From a virus (taxonomy: Duplodnaviria > Caudoviricetes): DNA of 64,000 nucleotides. The position numbers were made by a program, and so were the translations under genes. Numbering within the stretch: position 1 is the first letter of the stretch; each line of letters opens with the position of its first letter. The stretch covers positions 20,581 through 84,580 of IMG/VR virus record IMGVR_UViG_3300009095_000014. One strand, given 5' to 3'. A model generated the notes under the pieces. It saw only the letters and a program-made list of their open reading frames with translations. It did not search any database and was not told the DNA's origin. This document shows positions 19,824 through 28,404 of the stretch, one piece after another.

Positions 19824-21182
19824 ATGCGCGATGCATTAGCAAGCGCATTTGAGGACATCGATCCGGTGGAAACCCCACCGGACGATTTCTCTGATGAGCT
19901 GATGAATCCTGATACGAGTGAGCGGGAAGTCGACGAAGGTGGGAAGGAACTGCTGGCAGCGGTGGAATCCCTGATCGCCACAACCGAACATCTACTCACC
20001 AGCAACCAAGCCTCCACCGGTTCGGCCCTGATGCTGACCACCGCCCTGGAAAGCCTCCAGGATCGCTATGGCGTGGTGTTGATGCACACCTCCATGGAAG
20101 CCAGCGCTTCGGTAGAAGCGTATCACCAAGCGACGCTGGAGAGCTTGGAGGGCTTGAAGAACAAACTGCTCGACCGTGTCGTGAAGAACTTCAAGGAACT
20201 GGTCTACGGCCTTCGCGGTCGGGCGGGTAAAGCCCGTCAGGCTACCGGCGAACTGCAAGGACTGAAGCGCAAGTTTGAATCCCTGCAAAGGACATTGAAC
20301 GATAAGCCGGTGGTGCTCAACCACGGCGGGCTGGCACGGTTCCTGACCACCGAACACGGACCGGTCAAGGACATCCCGAAACAGATCCGTCACGACTTTG
20401 AAATCTGCGGCTACTTCACGGAGGAGTTCTGTGGGCTGTATCAGAAGTACTTGAGTGCCGTGGGTCGGGTCATTCCGGGCAAGCTGTACACGGTCACTGA
20501 TGTTGATCAGATGTTCGAAAAGCTCGCCGAACTGGACGTGCCCACCGAACAGATCAAGCGCGACTACACCGGTGGAAAAGACATGTTCTGGGCCAGTGGC
20601 TTCCATCTCACCGAAGTCAGGGCGCGCAGCAAGTCAGCCTTGGGTAAGATGGCCGAGTACCACAAGGTTACTTTCCAGCGGGGTAACACGCTTACCAATG
20701 ACAGTACCGTTAAGACCGCTGGCGCTGCCGGTGCAGCGATTGGTTTTGTCATCGGTGGTGCAAACCTCGGAGCAGCGGCCTTGGCCGGTGCGATTGCCGC
20801 TGGGATCGCCAACAAAGCCAAAGGGCTGCTGACCAAGGAACCCTTCTCGGTTGACCAGATCCACGATGCCATCGACCTGTGCCTGGGTGAGATGGACCGT
20901 GCTACGGTGGCGATTCAGAACCTAGAGGGAATCCAACGTGAACTCACTGGGATCGAGAAGAAGCTCACCCGAATCAACTGGGGGACGGGGTTGCCCAAGA
21001 GTGAACTGGCGCGGGTGGAAGCTGTTTACGGGTTATTCTGCGAACATGCCGAGAACCTGTGCCGGACAGTGGAAGATGCCTTGGATCATGTCCTTGCTAT
21101 CACCGGTTCGATCATGACGATCCTGAACAAGCTGGAAAGCAGGTACAAGAACCACGAACCCGCTGCCAACAGCGAGTACTAA
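19824..21182 (+). CDS. Head/ejection protein with acidic propeptide, paralog 2
   Basis: ALE, SME, SVE, SLE sites in the N-terminal region; Gly/Ala hydrophobic segment. Confidence 0.7.
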   Translation: MRDALASAFEDIDPVETPPDDFSDELMNPDTSEREVDEGGKELLAAVESLIATTEHLLTSNQASTGSALMLTTALESLQDRYGVVLMHTSMEASASVEAYHQATLESLEGLKNKLLDRVVKNFKELVYGLRGRAGKARQATGELQGLKRKFESLQRTLNDKPVVLNHGGLARFLTTEHGPVKDIPKQIRHDFEICGYFTEEFCGLYQKYLSAVGRVIPGKLYTVTDVDQMFEKLAELDVPTEQIKRDYTGGKDMFWASGFHLTEVRARSKSALGKMAEYHKVTFQRGNTLTNDSTVKTAGAAGAAIGFVIGGANLGAAALAGAIAAGIANKAKGLLTKEPFSVDQIHDAIDLCLGEMDRATVAIQNLEGIQRELTGIEKKLTRINWGTGLPKSELARVEAVYGLFCEHAENLCRTVEDALDHVLAITGSIMTILNKLESRYKNHEPAANSEY

Positions 21183-21186
21183 GCGC

Positions 21187-21217
21187 ATAGGGGAGGGACC
21201 TATGGTCCCTCCCCTAT
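21187..21217. terminator. Intergenic hairpin ending the late operon
   Basis: ATAGGGGAGGGACC-TAT-GGTCCCTCCCCTAT followed by ATGCCGTT. Confidence 0.7.
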
Positions 21218-21250
21218 ATGCCGTTGGCGAATAAAAGTCGATCCCAAAAA

Positions 21251-21277
21251 ATCTCAACCATACATTGTAGTTGTGAC
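21251..21277 (+). promoter_or_regulatory. Candidate early (vRNAP) promoter
   Basis: ATCTCAACCA-TACATTGT-AGTTGTGAC; motif recurs upstream of several accessory genes. Confidence 0.65.
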
Positions 21278-21334
21278 AAGGAGCATTAAAGCTCTTACCC
21301 CAAAGCTTTATAACCACAAAAGAGGAAACACACT

Positions 21335-21598
21335 ATGTTCAACATGATCGCTCGCATCGCTGAAGCTGCTTCTGAAACCGCTGCCGATGTCGCCACCGAC
21401 AGCGCTGTCGACACCGCCACTTCTGCTGCTGCGGAAACCGCCGCCTCTGTGGCCGGCGGATTCTTCGGCGCCGCCAAAGAGGCGGTAATCACCTGGGTTG
21501 GCAACAACCCGGTTACCGCGGGGGTCGTCGGTGGCGTCGCTGCCACCGGCGCCATCTACGGAACTTGGAAGCTGATCAAGAAGGTCCGCTCCAAGTAA
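21335..21598 (+). CDS. Small Ala/Thr-rich protein with C-terminal membrane segment
   Basis: 87 aa; GAGG RBS; PVTAGVVGGVAATGAIYGTW followed by basic tail. Confidence 0.85.
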   Translation: MFNMIARIAEAASETAADVATDSAVDTATSAAAETAASVAGGFFGAAKEAVITWVGNNPVTAGVVGGVAATGAIYGTWKLIKKVRSK

Positions 21599-21605
21599 GT
21601 GGCAC

Positions 21606-21644
21606 GGGGGAGCTTCGGCTCCCCCTGCTACACTCTTTTTCTTT
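21606..21644 (+). terminator. Intrinsic terminator
   Basis: GGGGGAGC-TTCG-GCTCCCCC followed by a T-rich tract. Confidence 0.75.
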
Positions 21645-21657
21645 TCGATTCGAGCGG

Positions 21658-21684
21658 TTTTCAACCCGACATTATAGAGGTGAG
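21658..21684 (+). promoter_or_regulatory. Candidate early promoter (variant)
   Basis: TTTTCAACCC-GACATTAT-AGAGGTGAG. Confidence 0.5.
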
Positions 21685-21783
21685 AATCTATCCTAAACCA
21701 GTAGATTTTTACAAACCCTTTATCTAATGTGAGCGAACGAAACCGTCCGCGCACAAATTCAAAACCAATAGGAGCAAGACACC

Positions 21784-22251
21784 ATGGCCCTCGACAAAAT
21801 CAAACCTTCCGTCCTGAAGCTGGCCGAGAAATTCGAAACCGCCCTGACCATCAACGGCGATAAAGCCGAGCTGGACAAGAAGGCGTTCAACGAAGCCTAT
21901 AGCGAAACCCTGCCGGAAGGTCTGAACATCGATCTGGTCAAAGCCACCCAGAACCACAACCTGGACGTCGCCGACGCTCTGACCCTGGTCCTCGGTCGCA
22001 AAGCCGGTCCGCACATGAAGGACAACAAAGACGTCAATGTCCTGAGCGTCACTGCTCCGCTGGCCCTGGATCGTGTCGCGGTGGAATACCATCGCGAGAA
22101 GAGCTACCGCAACCCGTCCAACGGCGAGACCTTCACCAAGAAGGGCGTCACCAAGGTCCAGTACCTGAGCGGTATCGGTGGCAAGCGTGACAGCCTGAAG
22201 CAGGTCCAGGACTACCTGGCCGCTGAAGCCGAGTCGCTGTTCAACAACTGA
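21784..22251 (+). CDS. Hypothetical protein with strong codon bias
   Basis: 155 aa; AGGAG RBS; contains YRNPSNGET. Confidence 0.85.
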   Translation: MALDKIKPSVLKLAEKFETALTINGDKAELDKKAFNEAYSETLPEGLNIDLVKATQNHNLDVADALTLVLGRKAGPHMKDNKDVNVLSVTAPLALDRVAVEYHREKSYRNPSNGETFTKKGVTKVQYLSGIGGKRDSLKQVQDYLAAEAESLFNN

Positions 22252-22260
22252 TCCTGGTCT

Positions 22261-22286
22261 AGCGAGGAGTCTTCGGACTCCTCGCT
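22261..22286 (+). terminator. UUCG hairpin followed by TTTATGCCG
   Basis: AGCGAGGAGTC-TTCG-GACTCCTCGCT. Confidence 0.75.
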
Positions 22287-22327
22287 TTATGCCGTATCCA
22301 TCGTTGCTTTATTTTTGAGGCGAAACC

Positions 22328-22696
22328 ATGAACAAGAAGTCTAAGGCGTCACGTCGACAGATTCGTAAACGTAAGCTCACCTACGAGGACATTAGTCGTG
22401 CGGCTGGTGTCACGTTCGACGACTATGTTCTCACTATCGTAACATCGTATCATCGTTCTCAGAATCGTAAGCGCCTCCCCAAGTCGAAGGCCCGTCGATA
22501 TCGTTACCATCTTACCGAAACCCTTACCTACCTCATCGATCCTTTTCTTGACCGGAACTGGCGATGTGATACGTATCGAAAACCAGCAGCATTGAAACGG
22601 GAGGCGAAGCTACACCGTTACCTTTCCATTGCGTACTGGGGTAAACCAATTGTTTCGGGGGGTCGACTGATCACCCCGCTAGCGAACCTGTCTTGA
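22328..22696 (+). CDS. Arg/Lys-rich hypothetical protein, paralog A
   Basis: 122 aa; GAGG RBS; SRRQIRKRK and KLHRYLS motifs shared with next ORF. Confidence 0.7.
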   Translation: MNKKSKASRRQIRKRKLTYEDISRAAGVTFDDYVLTIVTSYHRSQNRKRLPKSKARRYRYHLTETLTYLIDPFLDRNWRCDTYRKPAALKREAKLHRYLSIAYWGKPIVSGGRLITPLANLS

Positions 22697-22791
22697 TTCC
22701 TGCACCGCACCGGCAGGAGAGGGAGCCAATACAGGAATTCTTTTTGGGCCAACACACGAACCGCCACTCTTTTTCACTTTGGTAACATGCC

Positions 22792-23160
22792 ATGTCTAAT
22801 AAAACTAAGATCATGATGCGACGCGATGATGGTAAGCTGGTGCCTATGTCTCGACGCCAGCTGCGCAAACGTAAGGTAATGAAAAGGTTGGACGGTGTCT
22901 TACCTGATAATTGCGACTTCATCGATACACGTAAAGGAAACGCTCGGTCAAAAGATCGAATTCGAATGCTCGATGATCGACACTCGGTCGCAATCCGTTA
23001 TTACCTCAATCTCAGCAATGTGTTGAATACGCTCGAACCTTTGATCGAAGACAGGAAGCAAGTGCCTATTGCTAAACCTCGGTCCTCGAAGGCTAAACTC
23101 ATTAATAAACTCTATCGTTATCTGTCGATGACCAGACGGCAGTTCTTAACAATTCGTTAA
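22792..23160 (+). CDS. Arg/Lys-rich hypothetical protein, paralog B
   Basis: 122 aa; SRRQLRKRK and KLYRYLS motifs. Confidence 0.7.
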   Translation: MSNKTKIMMRRDDGKLVPMSRRQLRKRKVMKRLDGVLPDNCDFIDTRKGNARSKDRIRMLDDRHSVAIRYYLNLSNVLNTLEPLIEDRKQVPIAKPRSSKAKLINKLYRYLSMTRRQFLTIR

Positions 23161-23181
23161 GCCAGCAGTCGATTCCACATT

Positions 23182-23208
23182 TTTTCAAACCTACATTGTA
23201 GTTGTGAC
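23182..23208 (+). promoter_or_regulatory. Candidate early promoter
   Basis: TTTTCAAACC-TACATTGT-AGTTGTGAC; 17 nt identical to the 21261 copy. Confidence 0.65.
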
Positions 23209-23255
23209 CAGAAGCGTAACGCTTCTACTGTTAACCGCCACAAAGGAGATACACC

Positions 23256-23420
23256 ATGCTTCGTTCGTTTCTTATTGGCGCCGTCATCGGCGGCAGTATC
23301 CAAGGAGTTCAAATCTACCGGAACATCCGGCAGATGGAACGGACCCTGGGGTGCGAGGTAAAGCTCGGACTCAAGAACCCTTTCCAGAACAATCAGAAGG
23401 AGGAGGACAAACAATGTTAA
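23256..23420 (+). CDS. Small protein with hydrophobic N-terminus (54 aa, not in ORF track)
   Basis: AAGGAG RBS; MLRSFLIGAVIGGSIQGVQIYRNIRQMERTLGCEVKLGLKNPFQNNQKEEDKQC. Confidence 0.75.
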   Translation: MLRSFLIGAVIGGSIQGVQIYRNIRQMERTLGCEVKLGLKNPFQNNQKEEDKQC

Positions 23421-23593
23421 GGGCAGTTGCTTTTCTCACCGGCACTGTCGCCGGCGCTCTGGGTGTCAACAAGGCTTTCGAAACCCTTGTCGAGGTCAAG
23501 AAGATCGGCGACCTCGACCTCGCCGACATGACCGCCGAATTGGAGAAATCGTTAGCGGAGGCTCTCTCTCCGCAGCCTGCGAAGCAGCGATAG
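23414..23593 (+). CDS. Small protein with hydrophobic N-terminus (59 aa)
   Basis: AGGAGG RBS; MLRAVAFLTGTVAGALGVNKAFE... Confidence 0.8.
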   Translation: MLRAVAFLTGTVAGALGVNKAFETLVEVKKIGDLDLADMTAELEKSLAEALSPQPAKQR

Positions 23594-23599
23594 GAATAA

Positions 23600-23636
23600 T
23601 GGCTGGGGGTGATCCCCCCAGCCATATTCTTTTTTC
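23600..23636 (+). terminator. Intrinsic terminator
   Basis: TGGCTGGGGG-TGATC-CCCCCAGCCA followed by a T tract. Confidence 0.8.
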
Positions 23637-23684
23637 TTTGTAAAATCCTATAACTAAAGGCTACCGAGACCGTGAGACATTGTC

Positions 23685-24368
23685 ATGTTCGAAGCACTCT
23701 TTTCAAGGCGCCAATTAAGTGACATTCCCGATGATGCGATTCTGTTTATCGACCCTAGTGACCAGCCTGTTGGCAGCGAGAATATCTTAGACCATTCTAA
23801 ACTGAAAAACACGTTGACCAATTACAATAATGTCACTGTTAGCGATGAAGGTCCTAGCCTAGGTATCAAATCGCTCTACTTTGACGGAGCCCTTTACCGT
23901 TACCTTGTTATTGGTTGGAATGGCTATACCCCGAACCTACTCACGGGCGATTTTACCATTGACTTTTGGTTCAAGCCTAAAGCCATTGTCAACGGGTTTG
24001 GAACTCTGCTGGGTCAATGGAAACAGGTAGAAAATCTTGGTGGGTTTATCGTGTGCACCAAGGGGGATTCCGTTCAATTCCACATCAGTCCGCACTCCGA
24101 AGTCCATGCCCTCCTAGAGACTGCGGGTGCGAATTCACAAGGCTGGCATCGGCAGACAGTAGTAAGAGATGGCAATGTGTTCACCCACTATCTCGATGGT
24201 GTCCCTGTAAGCACACGCACCTTCGCTGGCACCAAAGGACCGATCGATATTCCAATGATCATTGGCGGGTATATCAATAATTCTGGTGCTGTGGCCCCCA
24301 CGCTCGGATCGCCTTTAAACGGCTGGTTAACCCGATTGGGAGTATGGCAGAAAGCGGTCCATCCATAA
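23685..24368 (+). CDS. LamG/concanavalin A-like domain protein
   Basis: DFTIDFWFKP and WHRQTVVRDGNVFTHYLDG motifs typical of LamG-like domains; lower GC than core genes. Confidence 0.8.
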   Translation: MFEALFSRRQLSDIPDDAILFIDPSDQPVGSENILDHSKLKNTLTNYNNVTVSDEGPSLGIKSLYFDGALYRYLVIGWNGYTPNLLTGDFTIDFWFKPKAIVNGFGTLLGQWKQVENLGGFIVCTKGDSVQFHISPHSEVHALLETAGANSQGWHRQTVVRDGNVFTHYLDGVPVSTRTFAGTKGPIDIPMIIGGYINNSGAVAPTLGSPLNGWLTRLGVWQKAVHP

Positions 24369-24378
24369 CGGCATAAAA

Positions 24379-24396
24379 GGGAGCCCGAAGGCTCCC
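24379..24396. terminator. Hairpin between convergent genes
   Basis: GGGAGCC-CGAA-GGCTCCC flanked by CGGCATA and ATATGCC. Confidence 0.7.
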
Positions 24397-24412
24397 CGAT
24401 ATGCCCATCGCC

Positions 24413-25282
24413 TTACGGCTTGATGAAGGTCCGACTGGCCTCGGCAATGGCTTCGGTGTAACCGTTGGTCACACGCGCCACGTTCTTGTCGATGGTATCG
24501 ACGAAGGCCGGAGCAAAGTTCGGGTTGGTGCCGGTCAGGTTCATGGAGTCCATGATCTTCTGGGCGAAGCGGTTGACGGCCAAGCCGACCTGCTGGATGC
24601 CGGTGTACTCGATGGTCAGTGTGACGTTTTCACCGTCGCTGCTCTTGTCGCGGCGACCGGTATCTTCACCCGCACTGGTCGGGTACATGTTACCGATCAG
24701 CCATGCCCGGTTGACCTTGGTGAAGGTCGGGTCCGGTTCGAAGAACAGCACGGTCATCGCGTAGACATCCGGCAGCAAGTCGGTCGGCTTCTGACCGGTC
24801 TTGGTGACGATACCCGGAGCCTTGGTGTCAGGGTCCATGATCAGCTGAGTGATCCACTGTTCATGGAGGGCCGCAACCGGACGACCATACTTTTCCGGAA
24901 TGGTCAGGCTCGGGGTCGAACGCGCGCGGGTCACGTTCGACGGGGTTTGTTGCATTTCACCCGCGCCGCCTACGGCACTTTCCACGCTGTTCACGGTGAG
25001 GGTCTTGTTCAGACCGTCCCACGTTTGGGCGTGAAGTTCCACGATGGCCTTGAGGGCCTCGATGTACTTCTGGCCATTGTCCAGCAGCAGGAAGCCCGAG
25101 GGGGCTTCGATCAGCTTGGCAATGACGTTACGCCGCACGTAGTCCGTGTTGGCATGGAAGTAACGCAGGTCGGTTTGGTAACCGTTCTGACCACCAATCG
25201 TCAGGTTCACCATCGGTGCATCCTGATTCTGGTTGTAGACACGGTTGACGTTGCTCAGAAGCGAGTCCTTATGCCGCGCCAT
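24413..25282 (-). CDS. Tail tube protein (phiKZ gp30-like)
   Basis: 289 aa directly downstream of sheath; FFEPDPTF and IEYTGIQQ-type motifs; strong codon bias. Confidence 0.85.
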   Translation of the reverse strand: MARHKDSLLSNVNRVYNQNQDAPMVNLTIGGQNGYQTDLRYFHANTDYVRRNVIAKLIEAPSGFLLLDNGQKYIEALKAIVELHAQTWDGLNKTLTVNSVESAVGGAGEMQQTPSNVTRARSTPSLTIPEKYGRPVAALHEQWITQLIMDPDTKAPGIVTKTGQKPTDLLPDVYAMTVLFFEPDPTFTKVNRAWLIGNMYPTSAGEDTGRRDKSSDGENVTLTIEYTGIQQVGLAVNRFAQKIMDSMNLTGTNPNFAPAFVDTIDKNVARVTNGYTEAIAEASRTFIKP

Positions 25283-27326
25283 CTTCGTTACCTCGACGTT
25301 CGCTGATGATGGTCAGAGTTTCGACAGTCTTGATACCTTGACCACTGAAGGTAATGTCGGTGTGCCAGCTGTAACCACGCTGCTCATCGGCGGCAGTGTA
25401 GTACGAACGCGGGGTCACATCCACACGGTCATGGTAACGACCGTTGGTCTGCTCCACGATGTACTCGTCGATCAGCGCGAGGAATTCGCTGTTCTCGGAT
25501 TGGCTGTCACCCACGAAGACTCGCCATGCACGCTCACCGATACGGGTCAGGTTGCAGGCGATGACCATGTTGAAGAAGCTGTTCAGCACGGAGGTGTTGT
25601 CGTCGTAGATGGTCTGCAAGCCCGGCCAGTGGATCGACTTGCGGTCGAAGTTCTGGGCAAAGATCAGGCCGTTATTCCAGTCGCGGTTCTTCGCGATGAC
25701 CGGCTTGAACTTGGCGTTGTGACGGATGAAGCCCGACACGGTGCTACCCGGTGCCCGCTCGAAGTTGGCGTTCGGGTTCATGTAGCCAGTGGCGGCACCC
25801 ATATAGCGAGCGCACTTCTCACCGAAGGCGACCACGAACGGCAGGATACCCTTGTAGCGGGAACCCACCAGGTTACCGGCGTGACCGACGATGACCACGC
25901 GGCAGGTCTGGGTACCGTAGTACTCCGATTCCGGCACGCTGCGGAAATGGGCACGCAGGGCCACCGCCATGGACGACTCTTCCGAGGCGCTGTTCAGCGG
26001 ACGGTTGGCGTCTTGGGTGCAGATGGCCAGCCACACGTCACGGCGTTGCAACACGTTGGAGAACTTCTTCTTGGTCTCCATGCTGAAGCCGGTGTCGTAC
26101 ATGCAGGAGAACGGGTACATGGCGGTGTCGAAATACGGGATCTCACCTTCGCCGAAGTATTCCAGTTCGGTGGCCACTGCTTGGTCGTACGCTTCTGCGC
26201 CGAGGGTACCGTCGGAGCCACCTTGCGCAAAGTGGTTGGACGACTCGGAGAACAGCAGACCACCTTCACCCGGACCGTCAACGATCAGAGCGTAGTAGGG
26301 CACGCCGCTGGCAGCCACGCCGGTCAGCAGGTTGATGCAGTGCTCGGGCGTTTCGACTTGCGGCAGCAGGCCGTATTCTTCTTCGACTTCCAGGGCGGCA
26401 CTGAGGACCTCTTGGAGGTTCTCATGGTACAGCTTGATGCGGGCGAAGTGACCGTAACCGGCGAACTCTTCCGGGTCTTCGGATTCGTACGCTTGCAGGA
26501 TCACGTCATCGGCAAAGTACTCTTGGCCGGTGGAACGGTCCTTGCTGTTCGGCTTGAAGGTGAACGGAACGTACTGCTCACCGAACATGGTGTTGGCAAT
26601 CACCGCAGTGGAGGCGGCATCGGCACGACGCACCACGTAGAAGCGGTAGATGAACGCACCCAGTTCCTCGATCAGGTCGAGGTTGGCCGGTTCACTGGAC
26701 AGGCTGGTCGGAGCGACCATACGGAAACCGATGTTGTTACCGCGTTCACCGGGGAAACGGGCTTCCAGATCGGCGATCGGGTACAGCTCGGACGGAGTGC
26801 CGTCGGCGGCCTGTTGGGTACCTTCGAGCACTTCGGCGATACCGAAGTCTTCATCGATGGGCAGGGCGATCCACTTGACCTTCAGACCTTGGATGGTGCT
26901 GCCGGTGGGGATCGGTTGACCGCTTTCATCCAAGCGATACTTACCGTCGTCTCGACGCTCATACGCCGGAACTTCGGTCTTCAGGACGTCCATGCACAGA
27001 CGCAGGCGAGCGGTTGCCGCATCTTCAGGAACCAGACGGCGAATGAACGCCAGGTTAGCAGCCGAGAGCACTCGACTGGCCAGTTCCGTTTGGTGAGTAC
27101 CATACTTGGTACCGCCATCAAACGAGTTGGCGCCATAAATGGCGTTTGCACCACCGCCACCAACGAGCAGAGCATCGTCGGCGGGGCCCCACTCGGTAAA
27201 GAGCGGGAACAGCGGCAGGTGGATAGGAAGACTTTCTTCTTCCAGAACCTGCGGGGTGCCGCTGTTGTCTTTGAAGCCACGGATGACCGTGCGCGGCAAA
27301 GAACTGGACATGCTGACAGTCGACAT
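25269..27326 (-). CDS. Tail sheath protein (phiKZ gp29-like)
   Basis: 685 aa from ATG 27326 (AGGGAG RBS); PIHLPLFPLFTEWGP, GGSDGT, YDTGF motifs. Confidence 0.88.
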   Translation of the reverse strand: MSTVSMSSSLPRTVIRGFKDNSGTPQVLEEESLPIHLPLFPLFTEWGPADDALLVGGGGANAIYGANSFDGGTKYGTHQTELASRVLSAANLAFIRRLVPEDAATARLRLCMDVLKTEVPAYERRDDGKYRLDESGQPIPTGSTIQGLKVKWIALPIDEDFGIAEVLEGTQQAADGTPSELYPIADLEARFPGERGNNIGFRMVAPTSLSSEPANLDLIEELGAFIYRFYVVRRADAASTAVIANTMFGEQYVPFTFKPNSKDRSTGQEYFADDVILQAYESEDPEEFAGYGHFARIKLYHENLQEVLSAALEVEEEYGLLPQVETPEHCINLLTGVAASGVPYYALIVDGPGEGGLLFSESSNHFAQGGSDGTLGAEAYDQAVATELEYFGEGEIPYFDTAMYPFSCMYDTGFSMETKKKFSNVLQRRDVWLAICTQDANRPLNSASEESSMAVALRAHFRSVPESEYYGTQTCRVVIVGHAGNLVGSRYKGILPFVVAFGEKCARYMGAATGYMNPNANFERAPGSTVSGFIRHNAKFKPVIAKNRDWNNGLIFAQNFDRKSIHWPGLQTIYDDNTSVLNSFFNMVIACNLTRIGERAWRVFVGDSQSENSEFLALIDEYIVEQTNGRYHDRVDVTPRSYYTAADEQRGYSWHTDITFSGQGIKTVETLTIISERRGNEDGAA

Positions 27327-27485
27327 AATTGTCTCCCTAGGGGTTTTTACTTCTTGCGCAAGAAGTCTCGTTAAAACGAATGGTATGGCAGCCGTCTTTG
27401 CACCAATGGTCTTTTTAAACCTTTTATGCAAAATAAGGCGGCATCACACATAGTATTTTTAAATTTTTAATGTGAGGTTATCAAA

Positions 27486-28391
27486 ATGTTCGTTACGCCC
27501 TACCAAACGACACCGTGCAAGGATTATAACCTCAAGAATATCCTTGCCGAAGTGATCACCGAAAAGAACATGGGAAACCTGATTCAACTGGAACGAGGCA
27601 TCGCCATGGTAGGGTCGGGATCGACCAATATCCCGATCTTTACCCAGCCGTTGTCGTGGGTGGACTTCGATCGCAGCGACGTGCCGAACGTGTTGTTCGA
27701 TGCCCGTGGCTTCATGTCCATGACCCGTGGTGAAGCCACACCATGGCGGATCACCAACCACACCGAGTACGAGTTCCAGATGCTGCGTGCCAAGATTCAG
27801 AACGAATGGCAGTCCGGTACCTTTGACCGACTGGACTACCTGCGCTGTGGCGACATCGCACCGCAAGTGTTCATCAATTGGATCAGCAAGAACATCGGTA
27901 CGCGCCTGGGCCTGGACCCGCTGCAAGTCTCCGAGATCATGACGCTGGTGGGTCTGTACTACATCGCTCTCTTCTACCAAGCTGACGAGTTCGACGAAAC
28001 CGTCAAGATGAAGGCTGTCGGTCAAATCAACCGCTGGACCAAGATTCCGACGCAGATCATCATGCCGCTGGTTGATGGGCAAGAGTACATCGCCGACCTG
28101 CCAGGTCTGGTGGCAGCGCTGAAGAAGACAGTCCAGTCGCCGCGTATGGAACAGGTCAGCGTGGGCTTGCTCTATGCCATGCTGGGTGGTAGCTGGTTCG
28201 GTGCCAACAGCAAGGAAACCGTAGCGGTGGCACTGGAACACCCGCCTACTTTTATTACTCTCCTGTATTCGGCGATCAATGCTCGAAGCTACCGGAACAC
28301 GGTACTGGGTAAGGTCAGTCAACTGGCCACGCGCGCTGGGAACGATCGGGAGTTCACCAAGAACCTTACGTTCTTGATTAACAAGCGCTAA
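27486..28391 (+). CDS. Conserved virion structural protein (phiKZ gp28-like by position)
   Basis: 301 aa; divergent from sheath; conserved gene order toward terminase. Confidence 0.65.
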   Translation: MFVTPYQTTPCKDYNLKNILAEVITEKNMGNLIQLERGIAMVGSGSTNIPIFTQPLSWVDFDRSDVPNVLFDARGFMSMTRGEATPWRITNHTEYEFQMLRAKIQNEWQSGTFDRLDYLRCGDIAPQVFINWISKNIGTRLGLDPLQVSEIMTLVGLYYIALFYQADEFDETVKMKAVGQINRWTKIPTQIIMPLVDGQEYIADLPGLVAALKKTVQSPRMEQVSVGLLYAMLGGSWFGANSKETVAVALEHPPTFITLLYSAINARSYRNTVLGKVSQLATRAGNDREFTKNLTFLINKR

Positions 28392-28404
28392 ACACGGAGC
28401 CACC

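Noticed and set aside
25245-27374. 709-aa plus-strand ORF
   Set aside because: Antisense shadow of the tail sheath gene
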